A stretch of 63,775 bases of DNA from Bacillota bacterium (lineage in GTDB: Bacteria > Bacillota > Clostridia > Christensenellales > UMGS416). Positions 17,288 through 26,231 of this stretch are shown here, in pieces. Where the stretch lies: assembly GCA_023428265.1 (NCBI GenBank), contig JAEYYW010000185.1, forward strand, positions 1-63,775, written 5' to 3'. The position numbers and the translations under genes were made by a program. How positions within the stretch are numbered: position 1 is the stretch's first letter; every line of letters begins with the position of its first letter. The notes below the pieces were generated by a model. It ran no database searches and was not told where the DNA came from. It saw only the letters and a list, made by a program, of their open reading frames with translations.

Positions 17288-18244
17288 CTAGACAGACCAT
17301 TTGCCGCATCTTCCGCCCCATTTTGCGAGCTCTTTGTCTTCCGTGCTGAACACCACCAGCTCGCACTGATTTTCACATCCGGTGCATTGCCTGGTATCGG
17401 TGCTGTATTTCTGACCCATTGCAGCATAACCGGCAAACCGACTGACCGCGCCGCCGCGCACCGCCTCAGACGCCAGCAGCGCCGCGCCCCAGGCCCCCAT
17501 CACATCATGATGGGGCGGCACCAGTATCTCGGTGCCGAGGGCCCGCCGAAACGCCTCCACCATGCCGGTGTTGGCTGCCACTCCGCCTTGAAACACCACA
17601 GGGCCGGCAATTGCCTTGCCCTTGGCAAGGTTGTTGAGGTAGTTGCGCACCAGAGCGTCACAAAGACCCGCCACAATATCCTCCTGGCGGTGGCCGTTCT
17701 GCTGCTTGTGGATCATGTCTGACTCGGCAAACACGGCGCACCTACCCGCGATGGCGACCGGCGACGTTGAGGCCAGCGCCAGCTGGCCGAACTGGCCGAT
17801 GGGCACGCCCAGCCGCTCGGCCTGCCGGTCCAAGAAGGATCCTGTGCCGGCGGCGCACACGGAGTTCATTGCAAAGTCAGTCACCACGCCGTCTTTCAAG
17901 AAGATGATCTTGGAGTCCTGCCCGCCGATTTCCAGCACCGTGCGCACACCGGGCAGCCAGTGCCGCGCGGCCACAGCGTGGGCGCTGATTTCATTTTTCA
18001 CCAGATCCGCCCCCAGCATTGCACCAGCCAGCTGCCTTCCGCTGCCGGTGACGCCCACAGCACCAATGACCGGCGCAGCCCCGCCCAGCATGCCAAGAAG
18101 CTCCGCCATGCCCCGGCGGATCGCCTCCACCGGCCTGCCGGCTGTTTTCAGATAAAGCCGCTGCGTGATGGTGCCATCACTGTCAGCCAACACGATGTTG
18201 GTGCTGACCGACCCCACGTCCACCCCAAGAGCCATGCCGTTCAT
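17288..18244 (-). CDS. BcrAD/BadFG/HgdC-type ATPase (radical-enzyme 'activase' family) with a C-terminal Cys cluster
   Basis: LGVDVGSVSTNIVL...GVTGSGR...EIGGQDSKIIF...NSVCAAGTGSFLD are ASKHA-fold activase motifs. The C-terminus has CTGCENQCEL...GGRCGKW. Confidence 0.8.
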   Translation of the reverse strand: MNGMALGVDVGSVSTNIVLADSDGTITQRLYLKTAGRPVEAIRRGMAELLGMLGGAAPVIGAVGVTGSGRQLAGAMLGADLVKNEISAHAVAARHWLPGVRTVLEIGGQDSKIIFLKDGVVTDFAMNSVCAAGTGSFLDRQAERLGVPIGQFGQLALASTSPVAIAGRCAVFAESDMIHKQQNGHRQEDIVAGLCDALVRNYLNNLAKGKAIAGPVVFQGGVAANTGMVEAFRRALGTEILVPPHHDVMGAWGAALLASEAVRGGAVSRFAGYAAMGQKYSTDTRQCTGCENQCELVVFSTEDKELAKWGGRCGKWSV

Positions 18245-19338
18245 CGCGTCCCCTCCCCTGCCTTTTGCAGCCTCCGCTGCCGGAGCAAATCCACAAAGGC
18301 TTCGATGCGGGTCAGGTAACCGGCTTCTCCGGTCATCTCGTCAATCACCAGCGTGATCACCGGCAGGTCATAGTCCCGCGAGATGGCCGGCAGAATTGCC
18401 TGCGCCACAATCTCCGGCATGCAGCCTAGCGGGTAGAGCTGGATCACCCCGTCAAAGCCCTGCTGGGCGTGCAGCACCGTGTGGCCCAGTGTTTCGCGGG
18501 TGTGCCCGCCAATGTCTGTGCCCAGATAACCGGATGCGGCCTCGGCAAACCGCAGATCCCGCCGCCGGTGCAGCCCCTTGCGCATTGTGTCGTCAATCCA
18601 ATGGCCGATGGTGACATACCGCTCGGCTTCCACGCCCAGTGCGGCAAGCCTTGCCTCCAGGCGCATGTTGGTCCAGGGGTCAATGGTGCCGTAAATCTCG
18701 CCCACAATGCCCACGCGCAGCACCTGCCTGTTTGGGTCCAGCAGCACCCGCAGCAGCCTTTGCCCGGTTTCCGCGGTCAGGCGGAGCATCTCCCCGGTGC
18801 CCATTGTGCTTCTGGCAGCCCGCCTGTAGCCCTGCCAGACTCCCTCGGCGGTGCCCCGCACAGCCTCCCAGGCCATCACGTGGCGGTAGCTCCGCTCCAG
18901 CTCGTCCACTGCCAGCGAAAGCCGCCCCGCCCGGCCCAGGATGCCCGCCAGCTTCGGCGGGTTGAAGCCGCCGGTCAGCTTGCGAATCCTGCCAATGAGC
19001 TCGCCGGCGCCCGCGCGGCAAATCTCCAGATGGATGGCGTCCATCGGGCAGCCCGCATCCTCAAGCACTTCGCGCTGCATCTGGCAGTAATAGCCAAACC
19101 GGCAGGGCCCCCAGGCCCCCACCATCAGCTGGGTGTCGGCTCCCATGCGGTGGGCTTCGATGAGGTTGCCCACGGTGATCTTCAGCGGCAGGCACGCCCC
19201 CTCCGGCACATGGCGGGCACCCAGCTCCATTGTTTTGAGGCTGTTGTCCGGCGGAATCACATAGGCCACGCCCATGTCGTCCAGCGCGGCTTTGGCGGTA
19301 ATATAGGCATTGCCCATATGGGGGAACCCAATCAGCAT
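18241..19338 (-). CDS. Acyl-CoA dehydratase activase-related protein (DUF2229-like)
   Basis: MLIGFPHMGNAYITAKAALDDMGVAYVIPPDNS...EGACLPLKITVGNLIE...GPCRFGYY...LYPLGCMPE. ATGA overlap with the downstream ATPase gene. Confidence 0.65.
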   Translation of the reverse strand: MLIGFPHMGNAYITAKAALDDMGVAYVIPPDNSLKTMELGARHVPEGACLPLKITVGNLIEAHRMGADTQLMVGAWGPCRFGYYCQMQREVLEDAGCPMDAIHLEICRAGAGELIGRIRKLTGGFNPPKLAGILGRAGRLSLAVDELERSYRHVMAWEAVRGTAEGVWQGYRRAARSTMGTGEMLRLTAETGQRLLRVLLDPNRQVLRVGIVGEIYGTIDPWTNMRLEARLAALGVEAERYVTIGHWIDDTMRKGLHRRRDLRFAEAASGYLGTDIGGHTRETLGHTVLHAQQGFDGVIQLYPLGCMPEIVAQAILPAISRDYDLPVITLVIDEMTGEAGYLTRIEAFVDLLRQRRLQKAGEGTR

Positions 19339-20273
19339 GCGCCGGCCCTCCGGTGCAGCAATGTATCGGCAAAGGCCTCAAGCCTCGTTTCCAGGCCTGC
19401 CTGGCCGGTGTGCTCATCCAGCGAGACAGTGGCAAAGGGGATGCCCCGGCTTCGCATGCGCCGCTCAAACAGATAGCTCACAAAGGAATCCACGCCGCAT
19501 CCAAAGCAGGTGAGGTTCAGCACGCCATCCACCACCGGCTGGTTCATGAGCAGGTGGGCGCACCCCATCTCTGCCAGGCCAGGCGTCCAGAACACAGGCT
19601 TTTCCAGCGGCTGGGCGGCGGCCCGCAGCACCCGCCCGTCAAAGTGGTCCAGCGTGATCGTATCCACACCCAGGCCGGCGAGCTTGCCGGCGGCATCCAT
19701 GTTGAGGAACCGGTCGCCGGTGGTGTAGCAATGGCCCAGCAGCAGCACCCTGATCCGGCGCCCATCTCCAGCCGGCTTTGCAGCCTCGCGCACCTGCCCC
19801 ACCAGGGATGCGCGGTGGGCAAGATAAACCCCAACCGCCTTGGCATAGGCGCGGCGGCAGTCCCGATCGGCGGCACCAAGCACCCGCCCTGCCTGCACCG
19901 CAGCCCGCAAGCCGCCGTCGGCATGGTCGTGGCGGTTCACCTCCGGCGACAAAAGCCCCGGCAAGCCCGGCAGGCTGTGGCGGGCCATATCCGGCAAGCC
20001 GCCAAACTTGGGGCAAATGTATTCCTTTGCATGCACGCTGGTGTAGCGAGGCGCAAAAATCAGGTCGCACCGGTCCTTCAGGCTCTCCGCGTGGCCAAAC
20101 CACGCCTTGAGCGGCAGGCATGCCTCGCCGACACAGGAGGCCAGGCCGCTGTCCAGAATGCGGCGGTTTGTCTCCGGGGAGACAGCCAGCTCCGCCCCGA
20201 TTTCTTCAAGAAAGGTTTTCCACAATGGGAAATATTTATGATAATACAGCCCCCGCGGGATGCCAACAGTCAT
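19332..20273 (-). CDS. Acyl-CoA dehydratase activase-related protein (DUF2229 N-terminal type)
   Basis: MTVGIPRGLYYHKYFPLWKTFLEEIG...GEACLPLKAWFGH...NLTCFGCGVDSF. The start was moved to ATG 20273; the 79-codon extension in the track is Arg/Pro-rich junk. Overlaps the next gene by 7 nt. Confidence 0.65.
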   Translation of the reverse strand: MTVGIPRGLYYHKYFPLWKTFLEEIGAELAVSPETNRRILDSGLASCVGEACLPLKAWFGHAESLKDRCDLIFAPRYTSVHAKEYICPKFGGLPDMARHSLPGLPGLLSPEVNRHDHADGGLRAAVQAGRVLGAADRDCRRAYAKAVGVYLAHRASLVGQVREAAKPAGDGRRIRVLLLGHCYTTGDRFLNMDAAGKLAGLGVDTITLDHFDGRVLRAAAQPLEKPVFWTPGLAEMGCAHLLMNQPVVDGVLNLTCFGCGVDSFVSYLFERRMRSRGIPFATVSLDEHTGQAGLETRLEAFADTLLHRRAGAC

Positions 20274-20416
20274 GGGCAACAAATCCAACCCCCTCGCCGC
20301 GCAGAAGCGGCCACCTTTTTTATTGGCACGGTCAGGGCAATTTATACCATCGGGAGGATTGGTTGCTGCCGGTGGCGAATCTATGATGCGGGTATACTCT
20401 GAAAGGAGCTGATTGC

Positions 20417-20809
20417 ATGAAAATCGCGCATGTGGCCGTCTATACGCCGGAGCTGGAACGTCTGAGGGATTTCTACACCGACTACTTCGGCGGCACGGCC
20501 GGCAAACCATACCACAACGCCGCGCGGGGGTTCCGCTCCTGCTTTATCCGGTTCGAATCGGGCGCAACGCTGGAAATCATGACACTGGAGGCCGGCCTGG
20601 CTCCGGCCAGGGAGGGTAGCCCGGCCATTGGTTACGCGCACCTGGCGTTTGCCGCGGGCAGCCGGAGCGCCGTGGACGGCCTGACCGACAGGTTGGAGCG
20701 GGACGGGTATCCTGTTGCAAGCCGGCCCAGGGTGACCGGCGACGGCTTTTATGAGAGCTGCGTGTTGGATCCAGACGGCAACCAGGTGGAAATCGTGGCC
20801 GGGGAATAA
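20417..20809 (+). CDS. VOC/glyoxalase-family protein
   Basis: MKIAHVAVYTPELERLRDFYTDYFG...GYAHLAFA...DPDGNQVEIV is a glyoxalase/bleomycin-resistance fold pattern. Confidence 0.75.
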   Translation: MKIAHVAVYTPELERLRDFYTDYFGGTAGKPYHNAARGFRSCFIRFESGATLEIMTLEAGLAPAREGSPAIGYAHLAFAAGSRSAVDGLTDRLERDGYPVASRPRVTGDGFYESCVLDPDGNQVEIVAGE

Positions 20810-20938
20810 CCGGATCGCCAAGAAATGTATTCATTAAAATGATACCTTTCAACAAGAAATCACGAAAAACTTGATCATCTGGCCAATCGGGAGTAAAATA
20901 ATGCTACCAATAACATGGGACGGAGAGACAGTCAACCG

Positions 20939-21769
20939 ATGAGCTTTCTGGACAAGCTTTTCAAGCGAAAACCATCGCTTCCAAAATATCAGTCCAACGT
21001 GCGCTCCTATCTGGATGAATATGACGGCAAGCCTGTCTATTCCATCGTGGATCTGGGCTTATCCGAGATCGCTCCGGTGGCTGAATATGACCGGTATCTG
21101 GCCATCATCCTGCCGGTGCAGATCAACAAGGACGGCTCCGGGAACGACCTGAGCAACGCTGAGCTCAAGGCGCTGCACCGGGTGGAAGACAAGTGCATCC
21201 GCGAGGCGGAAGCCAAGGATTATCTCTATATCGGCCACGCAATCTTCGCGTCTGCCGAATATATGTATATCGCATTCTACTGCCGGGAAGACCAGAAGGA
21301 CGAGGCGATCCGCAGCTTACAGGCGATCTGCACCGGAAACGGCCGCGAACCCACCCGGATCTTCAGCAAGAAGGATCCTGAGTGGAGCTATTACCTGGAG
21401 CAGCTCTATCCCGATATCAAGCACATCCAGCCCATCAACCACCAGGAGATCCTGGAAGACCTGAAAAAGCACGGCGACACCGGCACAAAACCCAGAGCCG
21501 TGTCATTCTGGCTGTATTTCCCCACGAAGGCTGAAGCAGAGCGGTGCCTGGGCGAGGCAGCCAGCAACGGCTACACGCTGGAGACCATCAACGACATGCG
21601 GGAAGACAAAAACTTCTCCGGCCAGAAACCCTTTGCGCTGACGATCCGCAAGGAAATGCCGCTGACGATGGAGCAAATGAACACCACCGCATGGGCGCTC
21701 ATAGACATGGCGCGGAAATACAACGGTGATTATGACGGCATTGAGACCGAGGTGCTGAAAGGCGGCTAA
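20939..21769 (+). CDS. DUF695 / RraB-like (regulator of ribonuclease activity B family) two-domain protein
   Basis: The C-terminal half (RAVSFWLYFPTKAEAERCLGEAASNGYTLE...) resembles the RraB fold pattern. The N-terminal half resembles DUF695. The start was moved to ATG 20939. Confidence 0.45.
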   Translation: MSFLDKLFKRKPSLPKYQSNVRSYLDEYDGKPVYSIVDLGLSEIAPVAEYDRYLAIILPVQINKDGSGNDLSNAELKALHRVEDKCIREAEAKDYLYIGHAIFASAEYMYIAFYCREDQKDEAIRSLQAICTGNGREPTRIFSKKDPEWSYYLEQLYPDIKHIQPINHQEILEDLKKHGDTGTKPRAVSFWLYFPTKAEAERCLGEAASNGYTLETINDMREDKNFSGQKPFALTIRKEMPLTMEQMNTTAWALIDMARKYNGDYDGIETEVLKGG

Positions 21770-21912
21770 GCGCATACATTGCGGGTATTCCATCCCCCGC
21801 TGAGTCACCTCTTGTTTCATTCCTGCAAATCGAAACGCATGCCGCCAGTGTGAAAAAGCTCTGGCGGCATAGTTTTGTGTGCATGACCAAAGCATGAGAA
21901 GCATATGGCCTA

Positions 21913-21966
21913 TTGTCACCATTTCTACCCTCCCCGGTTGACATTTCAACATTCATCCCCTACAAT
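21913..21966 (+). promoter_or_regulatory. birA-bioY promoter (TTGACA-17-TACAAT) with an overlapping BirA-box-like inverted repeat
   Basis: -35 TTGACA 21938-21943, 17-nt spacer, -10 TACAAT 21961-21966. Inverted repeat TTGTCACC (21913-21920) - 15 nt - GGTTGACA (21936-21943) resembles the TGTnAACC-N15-GGTTnACA bio operators. Confidence 0.55.
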
Positions 21967-21993
21967 TCACCCCATCGGCAAGGGGGAAGCACA

Positions 21994-22983
21994 ATGACCG
22001 CGAAGGAGCAGGTACTCTCCGCGCTGGAAAACAGCCGGGGCCAATACATCTCCGGCGAGCAGCTGGCAGGCAGCCTGTATGTGAGCCGCAACGCCGTATG
22101 GAAGGCAATCCGCGCATTGCGGGCGGAGGGATACCGCATCGACGCGGCAACCAACCGGGGCTACTGCCTGCAAAGCGGCTCGGGCATCCTCTCCGCACAA
22201 AGCGTCGGCAGCCATCTGGGCCAATGCGCCGGTGTGTTTCGCATCCTCACGCAGAAATCGGCGGCGTCCACCAACAGCGCGCTGAAGGAAGCCGCCGCCA
22301 AAGGCGAGGCGGAGGGCCTTGTGCTGATTGCGGAGGAGCAGACTTCAGGGAGGGGCCGCATGAACCGGGGCTTCTTCTCCCCGGGCAAGACAGGCCTCTA
22401 CATGAGCCTGCTGCTGCGGCCAAAGGTCAGCGCGGCGGAGTCGCCGCTGATCACCATCGCCGCGGCCACCGCCGTGGCGGAGGCGATTGAGGCCCTTTCA
22501 CAAAAGCAGGTGAAGATCAAGTGGGTGAACGACCTGCTGATCGGCGGCAAAAAGGTGTGTGGCATCCTGACCGAGGCCGCAATGGATGTGGAAAGCGGCA
22601 TGCTGGATTACGCGGTGCTCGGCGTCGGCGTGAACCTGCAGCCGCCGGAGAGAGGCTTCCCACCGGAATTGGACGGCATCGCCGGCGCAGTGTTTGAGCA
22701 GGGCGAATGCCCCGCCGACGGCACAAGCAGGCTTGCGGCAGAGATCCTGAAGCGTTTCCATGGGTATTATCAGGAGCTTGAAAACCGGCGCTATCTGCAA
22801 GGCTATCGGGAGCGGTCTGCGGTGATCGGCCGCGACGTGGTGCTCGTTGGCAGCGGCGAAACGGCCCATGCGCTGAGTGTGGATGACGACGGCAGGCTCA
22901 TCGTGCGGTTGGTCAGCGGTGAAATCAAGGCGCTGGGCGCCGGAGAAATCAGCATCAAACCGGCGGAGGGATCCATTGTATGA
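21994..22983 (+). CDS. birA: Bifunctional biotin-[acetyl-CoA-carboxylase] ligase / bio-operon repressor BirA
   Basis: N-terminal wHTH (ISGEQLAGSLYVSRNAVWKAIRALRAEGYRI), ligase core QTSGRGRMNR.F.SP and KIKWVNDLLIGGKKVCGIL. The start was moved to ATG 21994 (GGGGGAAG SD). Confidence 0.9.
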   Translation: MTAKEQVLSALENSRGQYISGEQLAGSLYVSRNAVWKAIRALRAEGYRIDAATNRGYCLQSGSGILSAQSVGSHLGQCAGVFRILTQKSAASTNSALKEAAAKGEAEGLVLIAEEQTSGRGRMNRGFFSPGKTGLYMSLLLRPKVSAAESPLITIAAATAVAEAIEALSQKQVKIKWVNDLLIGGKKVCGILTEAAMDVESGMLDYAVLGVGVNLQPPERGFPPELDGIAGAVFEQGECPADGTSRLAAEILKRFHGYYQELENRRYLQGYRERSAVIGRDVVLVGSGETAHALSVDDDGRLIVRLVSGEIKALGAGEISIKPAEGSIV

Positions 22984-23528
22984 AAAAGGCAGTATCGATT
23001 CGAACCATCACGCAGGTGGCCCTGTTTGTGGCTGTTACCGCCCTGCTGGCCCAGGTCGCCTTTCCGCTTCCCTCCGGTGTGCCGGTGACGCTGCAAACGC
23101 TGGCAATTGCCCTCTGCGGTTATGTGTTGGGTTGGAAGCTGGCGCTGGTCTCCGCCGGTGTTTATGCACTGCTGGGGCTGGTGGGTGTGCCGGTGTTTGC
23201 GCAGATGCAGGCCGGCCCCGGAGTGTTGTTCGGGCCGACGGGCGGCTTCCTCTGGGGTTTCTTCGTACTGGCCGGGCTTTGCGGCGCCGGGCTCAAGTTG
23301 AAAATCAAACCGCTTGCCATCCTGCTTGGCCTGGCGGGTCTGGCGGTCTGCCACACCCTGGGCGTGCTGCAATATGCGCTGGTGACCAAAAGGGCGATCC
23401 TGGAATCATTCCTCATGGTGTCAGTTCCTTATCTGATCAAAGATGTGTTATCGGTAGCCGGTGCGTTCGGGCTGGGGCTATTGATTCGGAACGCACTCAA
23501 GAAGACCGGCCTGCTGCCAAATGCTTAA
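22980..23528 (+). CDS. bioY: Biotin transporter BioY (ECF S-component)
   Basis: ITQVALFVAVTALLAQVAFPLPSGVPVTLQTLAIALCGYVLGWK...GPTGGFLWGF is a canonical BioY sequence. ATGA overlap with birA. Confidence 0.9.
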   Translation: MKKAVSIRTITQVALFVAVTALLAQVAFPLPSGVPVTLQTLAIALCGYVLGWKLALVSAGVYALLGLVGVPVFAQMQAGPGVLFGPTGGFLWGFFVLAGLCGAGLKLKIKPLAILLGLAGLAVCHTLGVLQYALVTKRAILESFLMVSVPYLIKDVLSVAGAFGLGLLIRNALKKTGLLPNA

Positions 23529-23925
23529 GCTCCGGCCCCACCATCTGCTGTGCCTCAGCCTGTTTGAAGGCAAGGGCTATGATGACGCCTTTGCGGCAAA
23601 CATGGCTGATGTGTTGAGACGATTGGCTGCGGAAGGCAGCTTCGTATTGACAGGGGGCTGCGACGGCATTTGCTCGGCCTGCCCAAACCTGACCGAGCAG
23701 GCGGATTGCGGGTTGGGTGAAGATGATGTGCGGAGTATGGATCGCGCTGTGACGGAGTTCCTCAAGCTGGAAATAAACGGACGATATGACTACTGGCAAG
23801 TTGCCCAACTGCTGAGAGAAACGGTAACAGAAGTGTTCTTTCAAGCCTGCTGCGGGGGCTGCCGATGGCACATCGCACAGGTCTGCTCTTATCAGAAGCT
23901 CATGGAGAAGCGATTATCCAAATAG
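23521..23925 (+). CDS. DUF1284-family Cys-rich protein
   Basis: MLKLRPHHLLCLSLFEGKGYD...GGCDGICSACPN...CCGGCRW is the DUF1284 pattern. Overlaps the bioY stop by 8 nt. Confidence 0.65.
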   Translation: MLKLRPHHLLCLSLFEGKGYDDAFAANMADVLRRLAAEGSFVLTGGCDGICSACPNLTEQADCGLGEDDVRSMDRAVTEFLKLEINGRYDYWQVAQLLRETVTEVFFQACCGGCRWHIAQVCSYQKLMEKRLSK

Positions 23926-23928
23926 GAA

Positions 23929-24762
23929 CTACTCCTCCATCCCCATTGCGACCACATAGACCTCATTTTTTGCCACACCCCGGTCTTTGGCCACTTGCTT
24001 GATCGCATCCTTTTTGGCCATGCCCTGTGACAGATAACGCCGCAGGTGCTCCTCCACAGAAATGTCATCATAGCTGATTTCCACCGGCTCCACGCCTTTG
24101 ACCACTAAGGCATATTCGCCTTTGGGCTCCTTCTGCTCAAACAGGGCCACGGCCTCGGAAAGCCTGACCCGGTCGGTGCGCTCATAAAACTTGGTGATGT
24201 CGTTGCACACGGCAGCCTCACGGTCGCCCAGGGCGGCCAGCAGGTCTTTGAGCGTCTTCAGCAAGCGGTGAGGGGCTTCGTAAAAAATCAATGTGCGAGG
24301 CTCGGTTTTAATCGCATCCAGCGCCAACCTGCGGGGCTTGCCCTCCCGGGGCAGAAACCCCTCGAAGGCATAGCGGCTGCCGTCGAAGCCGGAAAGCGCC
24401 AGCGCTGACGATGCCGCGCAAGGGCCGGGGATCACTGTGACCGGGCAGCCCTGCTGCGAAGCTTCCGCCACCAGCTCAGCGCCGGGGTCGGACACCACGG
24501 GCATGCCGGCATCGGAAACAAGGGCAACAGTCTTGCCCTCCAGCAGAGCGTCCACCAGCCGCCGGCCTGATTCCCGGCGGTTGTGCTCATGGTAACTCAC
24601 AACGGGTTTTTGAAGATTCAGATGATTGAGCAGCTTGATTGTGCGGCGGGTGTCTTCAGCGGCGATCAGGTCGGCTTCCCCAAGGACACGGGCGGCGCGG
24701 AGAGAAAGGTCCTCCAGGTTGCCGATCGGTGTGCCCACCAGATATAAAGTACCCTTCCCCAC
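23929..24762 (-). CDS. rsmI: 16S rRNA (cytidine1402-2'-O)-methyltransferase RsmI
   Basis: GKGTLYLVGTPIGNLEDLSLRAARVLGEADLIAAEDTR...VSDAGMPVVSDPG. The start was moved to GTG 24762 (AGGAGG 7 nt upstream, just after the stop of the preceding gene). Confidence 0.88.
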   Translation of the reverse strand: MGKGTLYLVGTPIGNLEDLSLRAARVLGEADLIAAEDTRRTIKLLNHLNLQKPVVSYHEHNRRESGRRLVDALLEGKTVALVSDAGMPVVSDPGAELVAEASQQGCPVTVIPGPCAASSALALSGFDGSRYAFEGFLPREGKPRRLALDAIKTEPRTLIFYEAPHRLLKTLKDLLAALGDREAAVCNDITKFYERTDRVRLSEAVALFEQKEPKGEYALVVKGVEPVEISYDDISVEEHLRRYLSQGMAKKDAIKQVAKDRGVAKNEVYVVAMGMEE

Positions 24763-24764
24763 CG

Positions 24765-25520
24765 TCAAGCCTCCTGCGTTTTGCCGTAAATTGCGTTCAA
24801 CTCTTTCGTGTATGCCCCGTCGGGGCCGTAGACGATCAACGGCGGCTCCCACCGGGTGCCGGGATTGCCCCCCCGTGTGGCTTCCACCAGCATCAGATTG
24901 GGTGACCGGTCGGCGCTGGGGCAGATCATGCGGATGCGTTTGGGCTCCAGCCGCGATTCCTTCAGCGTGACCAGCACCTCCACAGCCCGGTCAGCCCGGA
25001 TGATCATCGCGAGCCTGCCGCCCTGCCGGAGCAGGTTGAACGAGGCACGGGCCACATCCATGAGCGTGCAGGCTTCCTCATGCCGGGCCAGCGTCCATGC
25101 AATGTCCTGGCACACCACGCCGCCGCCCTTGCGCTCATAGGGCGGGTTGCAGGTCACCACATCAAAGCCGTTGTAGCCCAGCAGCTCATGCGCCTTCCGA
25201 AGGTCACCCTCCACAATCCGGATTTGCTCCTGCAGGTTGTTCAGTTTCACGCTGCGGGCAGCCATGTCGGCCATATCATGCTGAATCTCCAGCCCCACAT
25301 AGCTCTTCCCGCGGGTGTGGCCGCACAGCAGGATCGGGATGATGCCGGTGCCGGTGCCCAGATCGGCCACTTTGTCGCCGGGGCGCACATCGGCAAAATG
25401 GGCAAGCAGCACCGCGTCCATGCCGAAGCGGAAACCGCGCTGGCTCTGGATGATGCGCAGGCCGGCAAACTGCAGGTCGTCCACCCGCTCATATTCATTC
25501 AGTAAGACGTCATTTTCCAC
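24765..25520 (-). CDS. SAM-dependent N6-adenine methyltransferase, TrmN6/YabB-like (NPPY motif)
   Basis: VADLGTGTGIIPILL (motif I) and VTCNPPYERKG (motif IV). Adjacent to rsmI, as yabB-yabC are in Bacillus. Confidence 0.75.
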   Translation of the reverse strand: MENDVLLNEYERVDDLQFAGLRIIQSQRGFRFGMDAVLLAHFADVRPGDKVADLGTGTGIIPILLCGHTRGKSYVGLEIQHDMADMAARSVKLNNLQEQIRIVEGDLRKAHELLGYNGFDVVTCNPPYERKGGGVVCQDIAWTLARHEEACTLMDVARASFNLLRQGGRLAMIIRADRAVEVLVTLKESRLEPKRIRMICPSADRSPNLMLVEATRGGNPGTRWEPPLIVYGPDGAYTKELNAIYGKTQEA

Positions 25521-26160
25521 TGTCCGCCCTTCTCACGGCTTCCAGCGCCGCGTACAGGTCGTCTTCGTTGCGGAATGCCCCGGTCTTCAGCAGGCGCACA
25601 TTGCCCTGCTTGTCAATGATGTAGTTTGCGGGGATGCCCTGCTGCTGGTAAATGGCCCACACCGCGCCGTCTTCCTCAAACAGCACCGGGAATGTGAAGC
25701 CCTGGTCTTTCACCAGAGCGCTCACCGAAGTCCTGGATGCTTCGGCGGTGTCGCCTTCCAGCGCGGCGCTTGCCACGGCCAGCACAACGACCTCACCATC
25801 GTCACCGAACCGCTCATAAAGCTTCTGAAACTCGGGCATCTCCGTTTGGCAGGGGCCGCACCAGGTGGCCCAGAAGTTCAGCAGCACAATCTTGCCCTTG
25901 AGATCGGAAAGCTTCCATTGCTTGCCGTTGAGGTCCGGAAGCGCGAAGTCTTCTTCCGGCACGTTCTGCAGTTTGGAAGTGTAGTTGGCGATGGCGGTTT
26001 CGTTGTCGCTCCAGCCTTCATCCGCCGTGCCGCCGGGCAGTGATGCGGCGGTTTCCTGCGGCGCGGCTGTGCTGTTCTGTTTGCTTGGCGCGGCGCAACC
26101 GGCGGCAATCGATGCCAGAAGCAGCGTGGCGGCAGCAAAGATGATCCATTTTTTACGCAA
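25510..26160 (-). CDS. TlpA/ResA-like thiol-disulfide oxidoreductase lipoprotein
   Basis: Lipobox LLASIAAGC, thioredoxin motif NFWATWCGPC. The start was moved to TTG 26160 (AGGAGGG SD 6 nt upstream). Confidence 0.8.
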   Translation of the reverse strand: MRKKWIIFAAATLLLASIAAGCAAPSKQNSTAAPQETAASLPGGTADEGWSDNETAIANYTSKLQNVPEEDFALPDLNGKQWKLSDLKGKIVLLNFWATWCGPCQTEMPEFQKLYERFGDDGEVVVLAVASAALEGDTAEASRTSVSALVKDQGFTFPVLFEEDGAVWAIYQQQGIPANYIIDKQGNVRLLKTGAFRNEDDLYAALEAVRRADSGK

Positions 26161-26231
26161 TTTTGACCCTCCTGAGGAATACTGGCTCTCTGCAGTATAA
26201 CCGGAAGACCGGCAGAACAATGTAACAACCG

